56,689 nt of DNA from Bacteroidaceae bacterium (GTDB lineage: Bacteria > Bacteroidota > Bacteroidia > Bacteroidales > Bacteroidaceae). Within the stretch, counting starts at the first letter, position 1; the number at the start of each line of letters is the position of its first letter. The DNA is taken from contig JBGURN010000196.1 in NCBI GenBank assembly GCA_045131955.1, positions 1-56,689 of the forward strand, read 5' to 3'. The notes beneath the pieces are model-generated. The model saw only the letters and a program-made list of their open reading frames with translations. It was not told where the DNA came from and ran no database searches. A program made the translations under genes and the position numbers. Below, piece by piece: positions 55,491-56,689 of this stretch.

Positions 55491-55943
55491 ATGAGAGCTG
55501 TAATACAAAGGGTAACAAACGCAAGCGTCAAGGTCGACGGCCGCATAACGGGCCAGATCGACAAAGGTCTGCTTGTCCTTGTAGGTGTTGAGGATTCCGA
55601 TACGGATGAGGATATATAGTGGCTTACCAAGAAGATTGCCGGAATGCGGATATTCGACGATGAAAACGGAGTAATGAACCTCTCTGTCATGGATATTGAC
55701 GGACGCATTCTCGCCGTCAGCCAGTTTACCCTCATGGCCAGTACCAAGAAAGGTAACAGACCGTCGTGGATCAGGGCATCAAAAGGTCCGATAGCGGAGC
55801 CTATGTATGAAAAGTTCTGTCTTGCACTTGAAAGGGAGACCGGAAAAAAGACTGAAAAAGGGATCTTCGGGGCAGATATGAAGGTATCTCTGCTCAATGA
55901 CGGTCCGGTAACAATAATTATGGATACTAAAAACAAGGAATAA
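55491..55943 (+). pseudogene. dtd: D-aminoacyl-tRNA deacylase gene interrupted by one in-frame TAG (codon 43, nt 55617-55619)
   Basis: Track ORFs 55437-55619 and 55644-55943 are in the same frame. Joined, they read [56 protein letters not shown], a complete Dtd of about 150 aa. Confidence 0.85.
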
Positions 55944-55944
55944 T

Positions 55945-56689
55945 ATGGAAATCATCGATGAAATGGACGAAATGTCTGTAAATCAGCCTACTACGGACAA
56001 GTTTAACGAAGCATTCAGCAAATACAACATGAAAGTTGACGCCGAATGGGTCAAATCCGTCATTGAAAAGGCCAAAAAAGAGGTTCAGACAGGTCATGAC
56101 AAAGAGACTCTCAAGAAGATTTTCAGCTGCATTGACCTGACAACCCTCAAACCCACCGACAATGAAGATTCTGTACTGGCTTTTGTAGAAAAGGTTAACG
56201 ATTTTGAGGACAAATATCCCGATATGCCATCGGTAGCATCTATCTGTACCTGGCCGCTTTACGCGCAGACCGTAAGCCGTTCTCTTGAGGTAGAAAGCGT
56301 CAAGACATGCTGTGTATCAGGAGGTTTCCCCTCATCACAGACATTCTTCGAGGTTAAGGTAGCCGAGACATCACTGGCGCTTCACGACGGTGCCGATGAG
56401 ATAGACATAGTACAGAATGCCGGTCACATACTTAACGGCGACTATGAGACCCTGTCCGATGAAACCGACGAGCTCAAGTCTCTCTGCGCCGACAAGACCC
56501 TTAAGGTAATACTTGAGACCGGTGCTCTTGGATCACTTGACAACGTAAAGAAAGCCTCCTTGCTGGCAATGTACTCAGGAGCCGATTTCATCAAGACATC
56601 GACCGGAAAAGAGGTTCCCGGAGCTGATCCCGAATCTTTCTGCGTAATGTGCAAGACAATAAGGGAATATGCCGATGAAACCAGCCGTA
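55945..56689 (+). CDS. deoC: deoxyribose-phosphate aldolase (3' end cut by window edge)
   Basis: The ORF runs open from ATG 55945 to the window end and is absent from the track because it has no stop. It has the Schiff-base Lys motif DFIKTSTGK and CIDLTTLKP. Confidence 0.85.
   Translation, partial: MEIIDEMDEMSVNQPTTDKFNEAFSKYNMKVDAEWVKSVIEKAKKEVQTGHDKETLKKIFSCIDLTTLKPTDNEDSVLAFVEKVNDFEDKYPDMPSVASICTWPLYAQTVSRSLEVESVKTCCVSGGFPSSQTFFEVKVAETSLALHDGADEIDIVQNAGHILNGDYETLSDETDELKSLCADKTLKVILETGALGSLDNVKKASLLAMYSGADFIKTSTGKEVPGADPESFCVMCKTIREYADETSR

Noticed and set aside
55617-55619. TAG reassignment (alternative genetic code) as the explanation for the dtd amber codon
   Set aside because: TAG terminates at least three well-conserved genes in this window at positions matching the expected C-termini (priA, the PduO-type adenosyltransferase gene, uvrC).
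55400-55936. 178-aa minus-strand ORF covering the dtd region
   Set aside because: It lies entirely antisense to a gene with unmistakable Dtd motifs and has a low-complexity Ser/Ile/Phe-rich translation and no promoter box. It is a typical shadow ORF.

Overview
This 56.7 kb window reads as ordinary core chromosome from a Bacteroidales (Bacteroidota) bacterium, about 50% GC and densely coding (about 48 genes). Most intergenic gaps carry the phylum-typical TAnnTTTG '-7' promoter box. Recognisable content, in order: priA (5'-truncated), a 7TM-HD phosphohydrolase, gltX, waaA, a gamma-carbonic-anhydrase-like protein and mdh. Next come two tandem hybrid two-component regulators (HTCS), dprA, a TPR/OmpA-motif lipoprotein, xerD, an O-methyltransferase, rbfA and a lolE-like permease. 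A long minus-strand envelope operon follows (lipoprotein, beta-barrel protein, uppS, bamA, three skp/ompH genes, murI). After it come pyrE, argH, a type-B carboxylesterase, tRNA-Leu(UAA), cobalamin adenosyltransferase, blaI/blaR1-like genes and frdCAB flanked by two paralogous double-PAP2 phosphatases. The window ends with a rhodanese-MBL fusion, a GNAT, mnmG, apt, uvrC, an interrupted dtd and deoC (3'-truncated). I see no CRISPR array, transposase, phage block, defence island or rRNA. I do not see a clear multi-gene 'novel system'. The observations most worth follow-up are: (1) a 282-bp bipartite, near-perfect long inverted-repeat element filling the GNAT/mnmG divergent promoter gap; (2) an in-frame TAG interrupting the otherwise intact dtd gene; (3) a 9.5-copy heptanucleotide tandem repeat (ATTGAGA) spanning the O-methyltransferase stop codon just upstream of rbfA; (4) a tandem 'orphan' HTCS pair in which one receiver domain has lost the canonical Asp-Asp pocket; (5) duplicated-domain PAP2 phosphatases with differently degenerated second domains; (6) low-complexity insertions in BamA (Tyr/Asn/Gly) and in the carboxylesterase (Met/Gly). 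All family assignments come from motif recognition by eye; no database search was run.
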